IMG/VR virus record: IMGVR_UViG_3300011335_000278
Span: 3,447 to 67,446 of that record
Length of the DNA stretch: 64,000 nucleotides
Source: a virus
Lineage: Duplodnaviria; Caudoviricetes
Direction: 5' to 3' (one strand)
Shown here: one piece after another, positions 1 through 8,193 of the stretch
Numbering within the stretch: position 1 is the stretch's first letter
Layout: every line of letters begins with the position of its first letter
The notes under the pieces: generated by a model
Database searches by the model: none
What the model was told of the DNA's origin: nothing
Seen by the model: only the letters and a program-made list of their open reading frames with translations
Translations under genes and position numbers: made by a program

Positions 1-286
1 ATGTTTGTTCTGGAATATCTGTTATATAAAGCGTGTTAATATCTGACTTATTTAACTTTTCAAGAAACTTTACTAACGCTCTTCCAACTTTAATAGGGCT
101 ATCTACTGTAAATAAATGCACTTCTGACTCTTTGTTTCCTATAGACATTATAACAAGAATCGTATTATTTTCCTGCAATATCAATGCTCTTTTAGCTTTA
201 ACGGCAGCACCTATAGCCCGTATAGCACTACTTGGATCTCTTCCATCTTTTTGAAAATTAGCATTAATAATTTCTGTAGGTTTCAT
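1..286 (-). CDS. Partial CDS truncated by the window edge; diverged allele of the 127-aa ORF at 62646-63029
   Basis: Not in the ORF track. Manual translation from ATG at 286 gives MKPTEIINANFQKDGRDPSSAIRA...HLFTVDSPIK...; 42 of the first 87 aa are identical to the 62646-63029 product. Confidence 0.85.
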   Translation of the reverse strand, partial: MKPTEIINANFQKDGRDPSSAIRAIGAAVKAKRALILQENNTILVIMSIGNKESEVHLFTVDSPIKVGRALVKFLEKLNKSDINTLYITDIPEQT

Positions 287-316
287 GTCCGGTCACTTTT
301 TAGTAAGTTTATCATG

Positions 317-859
317 TTATACTGCTTCTCCGCCACTAATACTAATAGTGCATCCAGTAGCTGAAGCTTTAACTTGAATAGTTCCAGAATCACTCATAAT
401 CTGTGATCCAGTCCAATGTAAACTAGTGTATGAGGCTAAAGAATATTTGTAGTAAATAGCGTTAGTTGTATCTACAGCGCCTGTTCCTGTAATAGTTACG
501 GGAGTTGCAACAGTTTGGGATACACTAACTTGATATGTGCCTACCCCACCAGCACCTGTTTGTGGGTCTGATATTGCCGCAGTTGTTACACCAGAACCAC
601 TAATAATTTGATTAATTTCAAACCTACCAGAAGCCATAGCAGTTATTGTCATTAACGTGCCAGCTATTGTTCCTGTTCCTACACCGGATGAGGCTGGAAC
701 TAAATGTATGTAAATATCAACAGCAGCATTAGTGGTGTTTGCTACCATAATATCTTTAACAAAAGTGCGGGTATTTGTTGGTACTGTATAAATTACAGAG
801 TAAGCGGTCCCAATAGCTGCTTGGGCTAGTTGTACTGGAGTTATATCGTAAAAAGCCAT
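317..859 (-). CDS. Virion/tail-associated protein, 180 aa, Thr/Gly-rich
   Basis: Lies in the tail operon; 156/180 aa identical to the copy at 63060-63602. Confidence 0.6.
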   Translation of the reverse strand: MAFYDITPVQLAQAAIGTAYSVIYTVPTNTRTFVKDIMVANTTNAAVDIYIHLVPASSGVGTGTIAGTLMTITAMASGRFEINQIISGSGVTTAAISDPQTGAGGVGTYQVSVSQTVATPVTITGTGAVDTTNAIYYKYSLASYTSLHWTGSQIMSDSGTIQVKASATGCTISISGGEAV

Positions 860-1041
860 TAGTTATTTCCTAGCCACATAAGAACATTTTGTGAATTTTG
901 TTGAGTAGCTGATTGAATATTGTATTGGTCTAAACGGTTAAAATACAACCGTAAAGCGTTTTGGAACTGATCCATTTGGCTACGATTATATTCATTCGGC
1001 TGAATTGGTAGCGCAGGGGAACGAACTTTATAATTTGCCAT
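859..1041 (-). CDS. Small conserved tail-module protein, 60 aa
   Basis: Abuts both neighbours; 51/60 aa identical to 63602-63784, which supports coding status. Confidence 0.75.
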   Translation of the reverse strand: MANYKVRSPALPIQPNEYNRSQMDQFQNALRLYFNRLDQYNIQSATQQNSQNVLMWLGNN

Positions 1042-2945
1042 TATCGTTTACCGTCTTGCTTACCATCTAAACGAGGGCTACCTAACTGCCACTGTACACC
1101 TATGTCAGCGGATGATATTTTAAATCCCATTTGTCTAGCTCTAGCCCGTAAGAATATCTGGTTGGTGTAGGTATTTACGGTGGTTTCTATAACATTCCTA
1201 GCTGGTGACGTTGAGTAGTCTGCGCCCGGAAAATTTCTAGGCTTCATAGTCATTACAATAGTTGGGTTAGGATTAACTACTGTATTTGAGCCAGTAAAAG
1301 ATACATCGGGAATAATTCTTTTAATTAACAAAAACTGATCGCCATCTACAATGTCAAAGTCTGAGGATGTAATATAGGATTCCATGGGCAATACATCATT
1401 GTCTACACCAATTTCTTGGTTGTATATGTACTGTGCCCCATCTGCTCCACCTACAGATTGCGGATACTGGCGTAATGGACTATCGTTCCATGCCGTGCGG
1501 TTAAGTGTTCCGTAATACCAAATTTTGTCAAAATGGTTGTATATTACATAGGCATCATTAATAAGACTATTTGCTGTCGGATACTGCCACCAAACTTCAT
1601 TCCATTGTTCATTAGTCCCAGAAACTACTTGTTCTAATTGGTTATAGTTTAAGTTTTCAAATACGTGATTACGTAAAGTGCAAGGTAAAGTGTCTACACG
1701 CCCTGAGTAGAAATAAAATTTATCGGTACCCATCCAGTATGCGTTATTACTAACTGTTATTACAGCCCTTGGGCCAGCTATTGAAATATTGTCTGATAGC
1801 TCTTGGATACCAAATACGTCTGTAGTACCTAAGAATTGTAATGAATTAAGTGTTGCGTTTGTGTATACCAATATCTCTTGGCGTGTAGGGATAGCTCTAA
1901 CAATGCTATCACCCCTTGACACCCTAATAAACCCAGCTGAATTTGTTACTTCGGGAGTAAAATTTGTGGGTTCATCTTGGTTAGACCAGCGTATCAATAA
2001 AGGATCAAATGTTGTGCTTCCAAATGCTGTAGCGCCAAAGGCCAATAAATGTTTATCCCCTTGAGATACAAGTAGTTGCCCAACTTTTGTTGGAACACCA
2101 GATGCACCAGCTACAGAAGCTAAAGGAATTGCTCTAGTAGTAAATGTGCCATCATTTGCCCAATAATATGGAGTCCCATTCCGTATATTAGCCACTAAGT
2201 CATTGTCAAAATTGTCAAAAAACCAATCTTGTTGGTATACGGTTATAGGTGTAATAGATCCAGAGCCCCATGTACTACGCCCCCATACGCTTGCGCCCCA
2301 ACCATAACCCGTAACAGTTACTAATGGGCCAGAGTTAATATCATAATAAGCGGTTACAGTGGCTCCGCCTTTATTAGTATTGCCAGCCCCAGCAACAACA
2401 GTTACTGTAATAGTGTATGTTTGTGCACCAGCATTAACTGTTTTTATTTCATACCCGTAATAGGCGTTAAGTATATCTGCGGTTATATTCGCGCCAAGTC
2501 CTGATGCGCCAGAAAAAGTAACATAATTACCCGCAATTGGTAAAAAAGTTGGGTCTGTAGAATAAGATACTGTAACTGTTGCTGAACCTGTAACTGCGGT
2601 AAATGGCCCAGCTGCCGCACCTAAAGTAGTAGATGTATGCTGCAAAGGCGTAATGTCGTATAAGTTAGCACCAGCGTCAATATATAACTTTTTATTAGTC
2701 CCTACTGCCATGTAGTTATCGCCAACTGACGTTATCCATGTAAATAATTGTCTACATGTTCCTATTAACACTTGCGCCGTAGCCTTTAACCATCCACCTA
2801 TTTTTTGTGGTTGCCCAGAACGAAAGCGAATTTTGTCACACTCATACCACCCACCTTCGTTGGTATAGTTGGTTTGATCCCGATTAACTCCGGGTTTAAA
2901 CTGTAGCTTTTGCAGTGCCATACAACCGTGTTCCTTGTTTGTCAA
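1041..2945 (-). CDS. Tail nozzle / packaged-DNA stabilization protein (P22 gp10 / T7 gp12-like); likely start near 2921 (MALQKL)
   Basis: About 630 aa, beta-rich, with Trp/Asp motifs (IRWSNQDEP, WMGTDKFYFYSG, EVWWQYP). It lies just before the ejection-protein genes in circular order. Family assigned by position and resemblance. Confidence 0.6.
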   Translation of the reverse strand: MTNKEHGCMALQKLQFKPGVNRDQTNYTNEGGWYECDKIRFRSGQPQKIGGWLKATAQVLIGTCRQLFTWITSVGDNYMAVGTNKKLYIDAGANLYDITPLQHTSTTLGAAAGPFTAVTGSATVTVSYSTDPTFLPIAGNYVTFSGASGLGANITADILNAYYGYEIKTVNAGAQTYTITVTVVAGAGNTNKGGATVTAYYDINSGPLVTVTGYGWGASVWGRSTWGSGSITPITVYQQDWFFDNFDNDLVANIRNGTPYYWANDGTFTTRAIPLASVAGASGVPTKVGQLLVSQGDKHLLAFGATAFGSTTFDPLLIRWSNQDEPTNFTPEVTNSAGFIRVSRGDSIVRAIPTRQEILVYTNATLNSLQFLGTTDVFGIQELSDNISIAGPRAVITVSNNAYWMGTDKFYFYSGRVDTLPCTLRNHVFENLNYNQLEQVVSGTNEQWNEVWWQYPTANSLINDAYVIYNHFDKIWYYGTLNRTAWNDSPLRQYPQSVGGADGAQYIYNQEIGVDNDVLPMESYITSSDFDIVDGDQFLLIKRIIPDVSFTGSNTVVNPNPTIVMTMKPRNFPGADYSTSPARNVIETTVNTYTNQIFLRARARQMGFKISSADIGVQWQLGSPRLDGKQDGKR

Positions 2946-3342
2946 TAATCAACGCTTGTTTACGGGGTGGGTTATGAATAGAATTAGGGATACTAATGTG
3001 AGTCCATCGGTCAAACTCACGAATAATCTGGTCATAGCCTAAGTCAGAAGCAATTACAGCTTTAACAACTTCATCCGGAATCATACCCGGAACCCTTATG
3101 TCGGCAGCGCAACCAACCCTATGCTGACTAGTATCTTTGCTACCAACAGCATCATTAACCAATTTAGAGCGGAAAGCACTATTAACCATAATGGGCTTGT
3201 TTCCCAGTAGTGTTTTAACTTGTTCAAGAAACTCTGCAAGACGTTGGAGGTTCGCAGTCTCACTATCATTAGGGCTATTATCCAATGTACGATGGTCTGT
3301 ATGCGTAAGTTCTTCAAGTGTAAAGTGCTCCGTTAAATTCAT
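2896..3342 (-). CDS. Peptidase M15 family Zn peptidase, probable endolysin
   Basis: NSAFRS...SQHRVGCAADI...WTHIS metal-binding motifs; adjacent to the holin. Confidence 0.85.
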   Translation of the reverse strand: MNLTEHFTLEELTHTDHRTLDNSPNDSETANLQRLAEFLEQVKTLLGNKPIMVNSAFRSKLVNDAVGSKDTSQHRVGCAADIRVPGMIPDEVVKAVIASDLGYDQIIREFDRWTHISIPNSIHNPPRKQALIIDKQGTRLYGTAKATV

Positions 3343-3755
3343 TTTTTACCCTTCATATCCATGATTTTCTCAAGGGTTCTGCCGCCAAAGTAAAAGGACA
3401 TAATGAGCATACCCCACTGCCCAAGCAACTCAACATAGTTGTTGTTCACTTCAACATCCCATGCGGACATCATACCAAAAGTAGTGTAAGTTACCAAGAT
3501 AAATACTAGCGTCATTGGGCGAATGTTCTTAGATAGCCAAGAGTCTGACATCATGTCGGCTTGAACCCGCTTAGTCAATTCTTGTTGCTCGTTCATGTCT
3601 GCTTGTAATTTAGCCAACTCCCCTTGTTGAGCAAGTTGTTCTAAGGCTAGTTGCGCCGCTGCTTTTTGGTTTGGGTCAGGAATTACTTTATCAATAATAT
3701 TTAAACCAATTTTAACAACCTCATCAATTCCGAACATTAGTTTTCCCCTTTTCAC
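3339..3755 (-). CDS. Holin ('holin of 3 TMs' type); likely start 3737 (MFGID)
   Basis: DKVIPDP...SDSWLSKNIRP followed by two hydrophobic helices and YFGGRTLEK; immediately upstream of the peptidase. Confidence 0.75.
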   Translation of the reverse strand: MKRGKLMFGIDEVVKIGLNIIDKVIPDPNQKAAAQLALEQLAQQGELAKLQADMNEQQELTKRVQADMMSDSWLSKNIRPMTLVFILVTYTTFGMMSAWDVEVNNNYVELLGQWGMLIMSFYFGGRTLEKIMDMKGKK

Positions 3756-4002
3756 GTTCCTCTAGCAACTGTACTTTGACTTGCAGTTGATGTATATCTC
3801 TGTAAATTTCTTCTTTCATTGCATGACGCTTTTCGGCTGAAAGAGGTGAGTCAGTTGGCACATTTTCTTTAGTGATTAACGCTGGCATCTGCCCTTCAAT
3901 CTTAGTTAGCCGTGTAGAAAAGTCTGATACCTGACCAAGTAGCCACGCTAAACACGCTACTACAATCGGCAATACTGCTTTTAAAATGTCTTGTATATTC
4001 AT
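3724..4002 (-). CDS. Small membrane-anchored coiled-coil protein in the lysis cassette
   Basis: N-terminal hydrophobic helix (AVLPIVVACLAWLLG) and a charged helical C-terminus. Confidence 0.6.
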   Translation of the reverse strand: MNIQDILKAVLPIVVACLAWLLGQVSDFSTRLTKIEGQMPALITKENVPTDSPLSAEKRHAMKEEIYRDIHQLQVKVQLLEEREKGKTNVRN

Positions 4003-4145
4003 TTCTTATTTACCAAGTCAAATAAAGCTTTTACCTTTTCCTCTAAGACGGCAATCTGGTTGTGCATCTTAGCCAATACAATAACCAGCGTAACAAACGC
4101 TATTAACAGGCTAGACATCTTAGATATGGTGTCTAGTAAATCCAC
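3999..4145 (-). CDS. 48-aa single-TM protein, not in the ORF track
   Basis: GTG start directly after the tail-fibre stop; reads (M)DLLDTISKMSSLLIAFVTLVIVLAKMHNQIAVLEEKVKALFDLVNKK; ATGA overlap with the next gene. Confidence 0.65.
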   Translation of the reverse strand: MDLLDTISKMSSLLIAFVTLVIVLAKMHNQIAVLEEKVKALFDLVNKK

Positions 4146-6260
4146 TTAGGCAGTCCTGTTCCACATATAAACTACGATATACGGTTGTAAGTTTGCATTT
4201 GTCCCTGATACCCCTGCTGAACTAACTGTAATGCCCGTTGTTACTCCATTTGTTGCGCTTGTTGTTAAAAAATTAGTTCCTGAACCCGGACCTAAGTTAT
4301 TTGTCCCACCAATAATTCCGTCGTTTGATGATTCTATTAAGTGGTTATGACCGGGGTCAGAAATAGAGTGAGAGTGGCTTACTACGACAGCATCAGCAGA
4401 ACCGCCTGTAGTTCCAGCACTAAACCCACCGCCATTACCAATCATTACTTGACCAGCAGCGTATGCACCCCATGTTCCAAAACCAAATAACGTAGCAGGG
4501 TTTGTACTTGATGTGGACGAGTAAATAGAGCCAACAGGATATAAAACTGACAAAGCTGCTTGGACAAAAGCTGTAGTTGCTATTTGAGTATTATTTGTGC
4601 CAAAAGCTTGTGTTGTTCCAGTTGCCCCACTTGCCACAGTTGTTGAAACTGTTCCAGCAGTCGTTGCAGTTGTAGCGGTTGCGGCGTTACCACCAATATT
4701 TAAACTAGATGCTGTTCCAGTAAGTCCTGTACCGGGGCCTGAGAATTGGGTAGAGGCAGTTATTGTTGTACCGCCTATAGTAGTTGCACTTACTGTTCCA
4801 CCTGATAAATTTGTAGCTGTTGTGGCGTTTGTTGCATTTGTAGCGTTTGTTGCATTTGTGGCGTTAGTAGCTGTGCCTACAGTCATACCAGAGTTTGTAC
4901 CTGTAACGCCATTTATTGTGCCACCTGTAATTGCTACAGCATTAGCGTTTTGGGTAGACATTGTTCCACCGCCAGATGCTGTTACCGCTGCTGTTACAAA
5001 AGCCGTAGTGGCTATAGTTGTGTTATTTGTTCCCGGAGCTTGAGTTGTACCTATTGCACTGCCTGCTACTGTAGTTGTAACTGTTGCAGCGCTTGTTGCG
5101 GATGTAGCACTTGTTGCAGTAGCGGCATTACCGCCAATAGAAAGACCTGAAGCTGTTCCAGTAATATTTGTTCCTACTAAAGAACTAGGAGTTCCAAGCG
5201 CTGGGGATACTAAAGTAGGTGAATTACTTAATACAACTGAACCTGTACCTGTAGATGTAGTAACCCCTGTACCGCCATTTGTCACAGGCAAAGTTCCTGA
5301 TACTCCTGTAGTTAAGGGTAAACCCGTACAACTAACTAAACTACCAGATTGGGGTGTTCCAAGAATAGGAGTAACTAGAGTAGGAGAAGAACTTAATACA
5401 ACATTTCCAGAACCTGTAGATGTAGTTACGCCCGTACCTCCATTAAGAACAGCTAAAGTACCTGTAACTTGAGTAGCTAAATTAACTGTGCCTGATATTG
5501 ATCCTGCTGGATAGCCAGTACAATTAGCCAAATTTCCAGATGTAGGTGTTCCAAGAAGGGGGGTAACTAAAGTTGGTGAGGTACTAAGTACGTTATTTCC
5601 AGTACCAGTAGAAGTAGTAACACCAGAACCTCCGTTAACAACAGCAACTACGCCAGTAACGTTTGACGCGGTTCCACCAATATTTAAACTTGTAGCACTT
5701 CCAGTAAGGCCTGTGCCCGGACCGGAAAACTGAGTAGATGCGGTTATTGTTGTGCCGCCTATAGTTGTGCCAGATATAGCTCCTGAACTTGCAAGAGAAG
5801 CGCCAGTAATAGCGCCTGTAACAGCCATTGAAACCGCAGAATTGACTGCCTCAACTACGTTTACCGCATTGTTAAATACAAACATTGACTTACCAGCTGG
5901 TATTGCAATACCTGTACCTGTGGTATTTTTAATAGTCTTAGTTGCTGTAGTTCCGTTATTAACTAAATATAATTTTTCTATTTGGCAGTTAGAGCCTAGA
6001 ATTAAGTTGCCTGTATACCCTACACCAGCACCGGATTCGGTTAAGTTTAACCTTAAATTACGGGCTGTTTGGCTTGTATTTGTATCTATTAAACTAATAG
6101 TAACGTCTGCGGCAGTAGAAAAATCTACAGTTGCTGAGCCTGTTATTGCCTCACCTAAAGCAGCATCGCCAAGGTTTACGTTAGTAGTTGCACCCCAAGT
6201 GCCAGATTGTTCACCTGTGCCTATTAACTCAATTTTTAATGCTGAATATGTGGATGACAT
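4146..6260 (-). CDS. Tail fibre/spike, 704 aa, Thr/Gly-rich modular shaft with a conserved C-terminal tip domain
   Basis: Repeated [13 protein letters not shown]...SPTLVTPxLGTP modules; C-terminal LYPVGSIY...NPATLFGFGTW...NLQPYIVVYMWNRTA, typical of fibre/baseplate tips. Confidence 0.8.
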   Translation of the reverse strand: MSSTYSALKIELIGTGEQSGTWGATTNVNLGDAALGEAITGSATVDFSTAADVTISLIDTNTSQTARNLRLNLTESGAGVGYTGNLILGSNCQIEKLYLVNNGTTATKTIKNTTGTGIAIPAGKSMFVFNNAVNVVEAVNSAVSMAVTGAITGASLASSGAISGTTIGGTTITASTQFSGPGTGLTGSATSLNIGGTASNVTGVVAVVNGGSGVTTSTGTGNNVLSTSPTLVTPLLGTPTSGNLANCTGYPAGSISGTVNLATQVTGTLAVLNGGTGVTTSTGSGNVVLSSSPTLVTPILGTPQSGSLVSCTGLPLTTGVSGTLPVTNGGTGVTTSTGTGSVVLSNSPTLVSPALGTPSSLVGTNITGTASGLSIGGNAATATSATSATSAATVTTTVAGSAIGTTQAPGTNNTTIATTAFVTAAVTASGGGTMSTQNANAVAITGGTINGVTGTNSGMTVGTATNATNATNATNATNATTATNLSGGTVSATTIGGTTITASTQFSGPGTGLTGTASSLNIGGNAATATTATTAGTVSTTVASGATGTTQAFGTNNTQIATTAFVQAALSVLYPVGSIYSSTSSTNPATLFGFGTWGAYAAGQVMIGNGGGFSAGTTGGSADAVVVSHSHSISDPGHNHLIESSNDGIIGGTNNLGPGSGTNFLTTSATNGVTTGITVSSAGVSGTNANLQPYIVVYMWNRTA

Positions 6261-6269
6261 TTTTTACCC

Positions 6270-7379
6270 CTATTGGCTGTTATTTATTTCAGTCCAAGTG
6301 CTAGACTGTGTGTTAATAGTTTGCACCCAAATTGTTGCTTGGCTATCATCTATTTTAATCCATCCACTAACAAAAGTGTTGTCTAAGATAGTAAAAGCCT
6401 CAACTATTGACTGCAAAAATGTAGATTGTTGCGTGCTTAAATCCGCCATCGTAACAGCTTCGGATATAGCTTGTGCGAATTGGGCCGTTATAGTTTGAGT
6501 ATTAGCAGCTCCAAAGTTTTCAGTAATAGATAAATAAAGCTCAAGAATAGCTGTTTGCGCACTAGCAATAGTTGTAGCCTCAGTAATGTTAGTTAGGAAC
6601 GTAGCTGTTATGGTTTGTAAAGCCTCTGGCGTAAAGTTTTCAACAATACTGAAAAGGAATTGCGCTGTTATTGTTTGGGTGTTGGACAAATCTGAGTTTT
6701 CACTTATGGATTGTAAAAATGCAGATTGTTGTGTATTTGAATCCGCCATGTTAATATTTTCAGTATCAGTTAGGTAAAACCCTGAAGATATAGTCTGTGG
6801 GTTATCAACGGTTATAGGTTCGGTAATACTAGATTGAAACTGCGCTGTTAGAGCCTGTAAGGAATCTAGTGTAAAGTTTTCGGCAATACTTGAAATAAAT
6901 TGAGCCGTTATTGTTTGGGTGTTGTCTAATGTAAAATTTTCTGCACGGTCTTGTGCAAAACTAGCTTGTATTAAATCTACCTCAGCCATAGTAATTGGCT
7001 CAGTAATTGACTGCAAGAAAGCGGAAAAAGTTTCTTGAGAATCCGCTATTGTGGTGTTTTCTGTAATGCTAGGGTTAAATTGCGCAGATATTAATTGGTC
7101 GTTAGCTGGTGTAAGGTCTTCCGTAATAGACTGCAAGAATGTTGAAAGCTGAGTGCTTGAATCGTCAAACGCTAAAGTTTCTGTAACGCTACCAAAATAA
7201 ACCAGACCTGCATCATTAATTACATCTGCTATAACTATGTTTTCGGTTTGACTTTGTAAAAATGCAGATAGCTGGGCGCTTGAATCTGCTAAGTTTACGT
7301 TTTCACTAATATCAAATGCGTAAGCGGTTGACCCTAAAGTTGAATAAGGAGCTTGGGCAAATGATGTTATTCCAAACAT
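6270..7379 (-). CDS. Virion structural protein built from ~20-aa tandem repeats
   Basis: About 15 repeats of consensus ITAQFxxSIxENxTxxxxQT; Trp-rich C-terminus; located in the tail operon. Confidence 0.65.
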   Translation of the reverse strand: MFGITSFAQAPYSTLGSTAYAFDISENVNLADSSAQLSAFLQSQTENIVIADVINDAGLVYFGSVTETLAFDDSSTQLSTFLQSITEDLTPANDQLISAQFNPSITENTTIADSQETFSAFLQSITEPITMAEVDLIQASFAQDRAENFTLDNTQTITAQFISSIAENFTLDSLQALTAQFQSSITEPITVDNPQTISSGFYLTDTENINMADSNTQQSAFLQSISENSDLSNTQTITAQFLFSIVENFTPEALQTITATFLTNITEATTIASAQTAILELYLSITENFGAANTQTITAQFAQAISEAVTMADLSTQQSTFLQSIVEAFTILDNTFVSGWIKIDDSQATIWVQTINTQSSTWTEINNSQ

Positions 7380-7924
7380 TATCTAAACTTAGGTCCATTA
7401 ATCCACATAGTTGCGCTATACCTTACACCAGACATAACAGGGGTTACACAATGTTCTAACATTGATGGAAAGGCAATAACAGAACCTTTTTGCAATGGCG
7501 TAACATACTCTTGATACAGCTTTACTTTAAACTCGCCACCAGTAAACTCTGATGGGTCATTTAATAAAGCGACTACAGTAATTTTACGGTCAAGTGGTTT
7601 TAAACCAAGTAAAAAAGTATCTGTATGCCAATTGTATAAATGTTTTTGTGTGTATCTAGCAAACTGTATTTGCTCGTGCTCAGAAAGTAAAAAGTCCCAT
7701 TTACAATTTTCATTTCCTGTATAAGCAATTTCTTTTAAGAATTTTTCTAGCCAATGGTCTTTTGCTAAAAACTGTATTGCTGTTTGTCTATATTCTTCAT
7801 TTCTTTCACTAGACGTTTCACCCATTGATGCAGGCTCGTAATCACGGGTAGAAGCGTCTGCTATTAATTCATCGCATAATGCTGTATCTATATTGGATAA
7901 ATACCAAATGGGTAAGTGGCTCAT
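7379..7924 (-). CDS. 2OG-Fe(II) oxygenase (prolyl-4-hydroxylase/PKHD-like)
   Basis: WHTD (HxD), RKITVV...EFTGGEF, AFPSMLEHCVTPV...RYS: facial triad plus the 2OG-binding Arg. Confidence 0.9.
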   Translation of the reverse strand: MSHLPIWYLSNIDTALCDELIADASTRDYEPASMGETSSERNEEYRQTAIQFLAKDHWLEKFLKEIAYTGNENCKWDFLLSEHEQIQFARYTQKHLYNWHTDTFLLGLKPLDRKITVVALLNDPSEFTGGEFKVKLYQEYVTPLQKGSVIAFPSMLEHCVTPVMSGVRYSATMWINGPKFR

Positions 7925-8193
7925 GGTTTAGGAATCTCGTCTTTTACTTTTTTAATTGTGGCTTTCCAAGCATCATATCCGCCGTGATACAAAGTATCAA
8001 GCTGGTCGGCAACACTAGGATACGCAACCATTCTTTTCTCTTTATACTGCTGGGCATCAATATATGCTTGAACTACAGCCTCATCATATTGAACTTCATT
8101 ACCATCCTTATCATAACAAACATCGCCAATTTTTCTTACAATATGTGGATGGCTTAATAGTATATATGCGCTTGTGTTGTTAAGAATAGCCAT
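7921..8193 (-). CDS. Probable tail-fibre assembly/chaperone protein, 90 aa
   Basis: Directly after the fibre gene; YKEKRMVAYPSVADQLDTLYH...IKKVKDEIPKP motif resembles fibre-associated small proteins. Confidence 0.55.
   Translation of the reverse strand: MAILNNTSAYILLSHPHIVRKIGDVCYDKDGNEVQYDEAVVQAYIDAQQYKEKRMVAYPSVADQLDTLYHGGYDAWKATIKKVKDEIPKP

Larger units (their letters stand above)
1..1257. repeat. Left copy of a diverged direct terminal repeat (homologous to 62744-64000)
   Basis: Four gene boundaries map at a constant offset of 62,743 (286/63029, 317/63060, 859/63602, 1041/63784). 1132-1257 is identical to 63875-64000; the rest is diverged. Confidence 0.95.

Noticed and set aside
1-1257. 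Diverged terminal copies as a DGR template/variable repeat pair
   Set aside because: Differences are not adenine-specific, span four genes and are often synonymous; I found no reverse transcriptase in the window.
3724-4002. IVVAC as a lipobox (o-spanin)
   Set aside because: The hydrophobic stretch continues past the Cys (LAWLLG), which fits a plain TM helix. A spanin role for the two small TM proteins is not excluded but is unsupported.
4660-5130. (TNA)n and AAT/SAT repeats as antifreeze-like or glycosylation arrays
   Set aside because: These are short low-complexity linkers of the kind common in fibre shafts; no supporting enzymes or context are visible.
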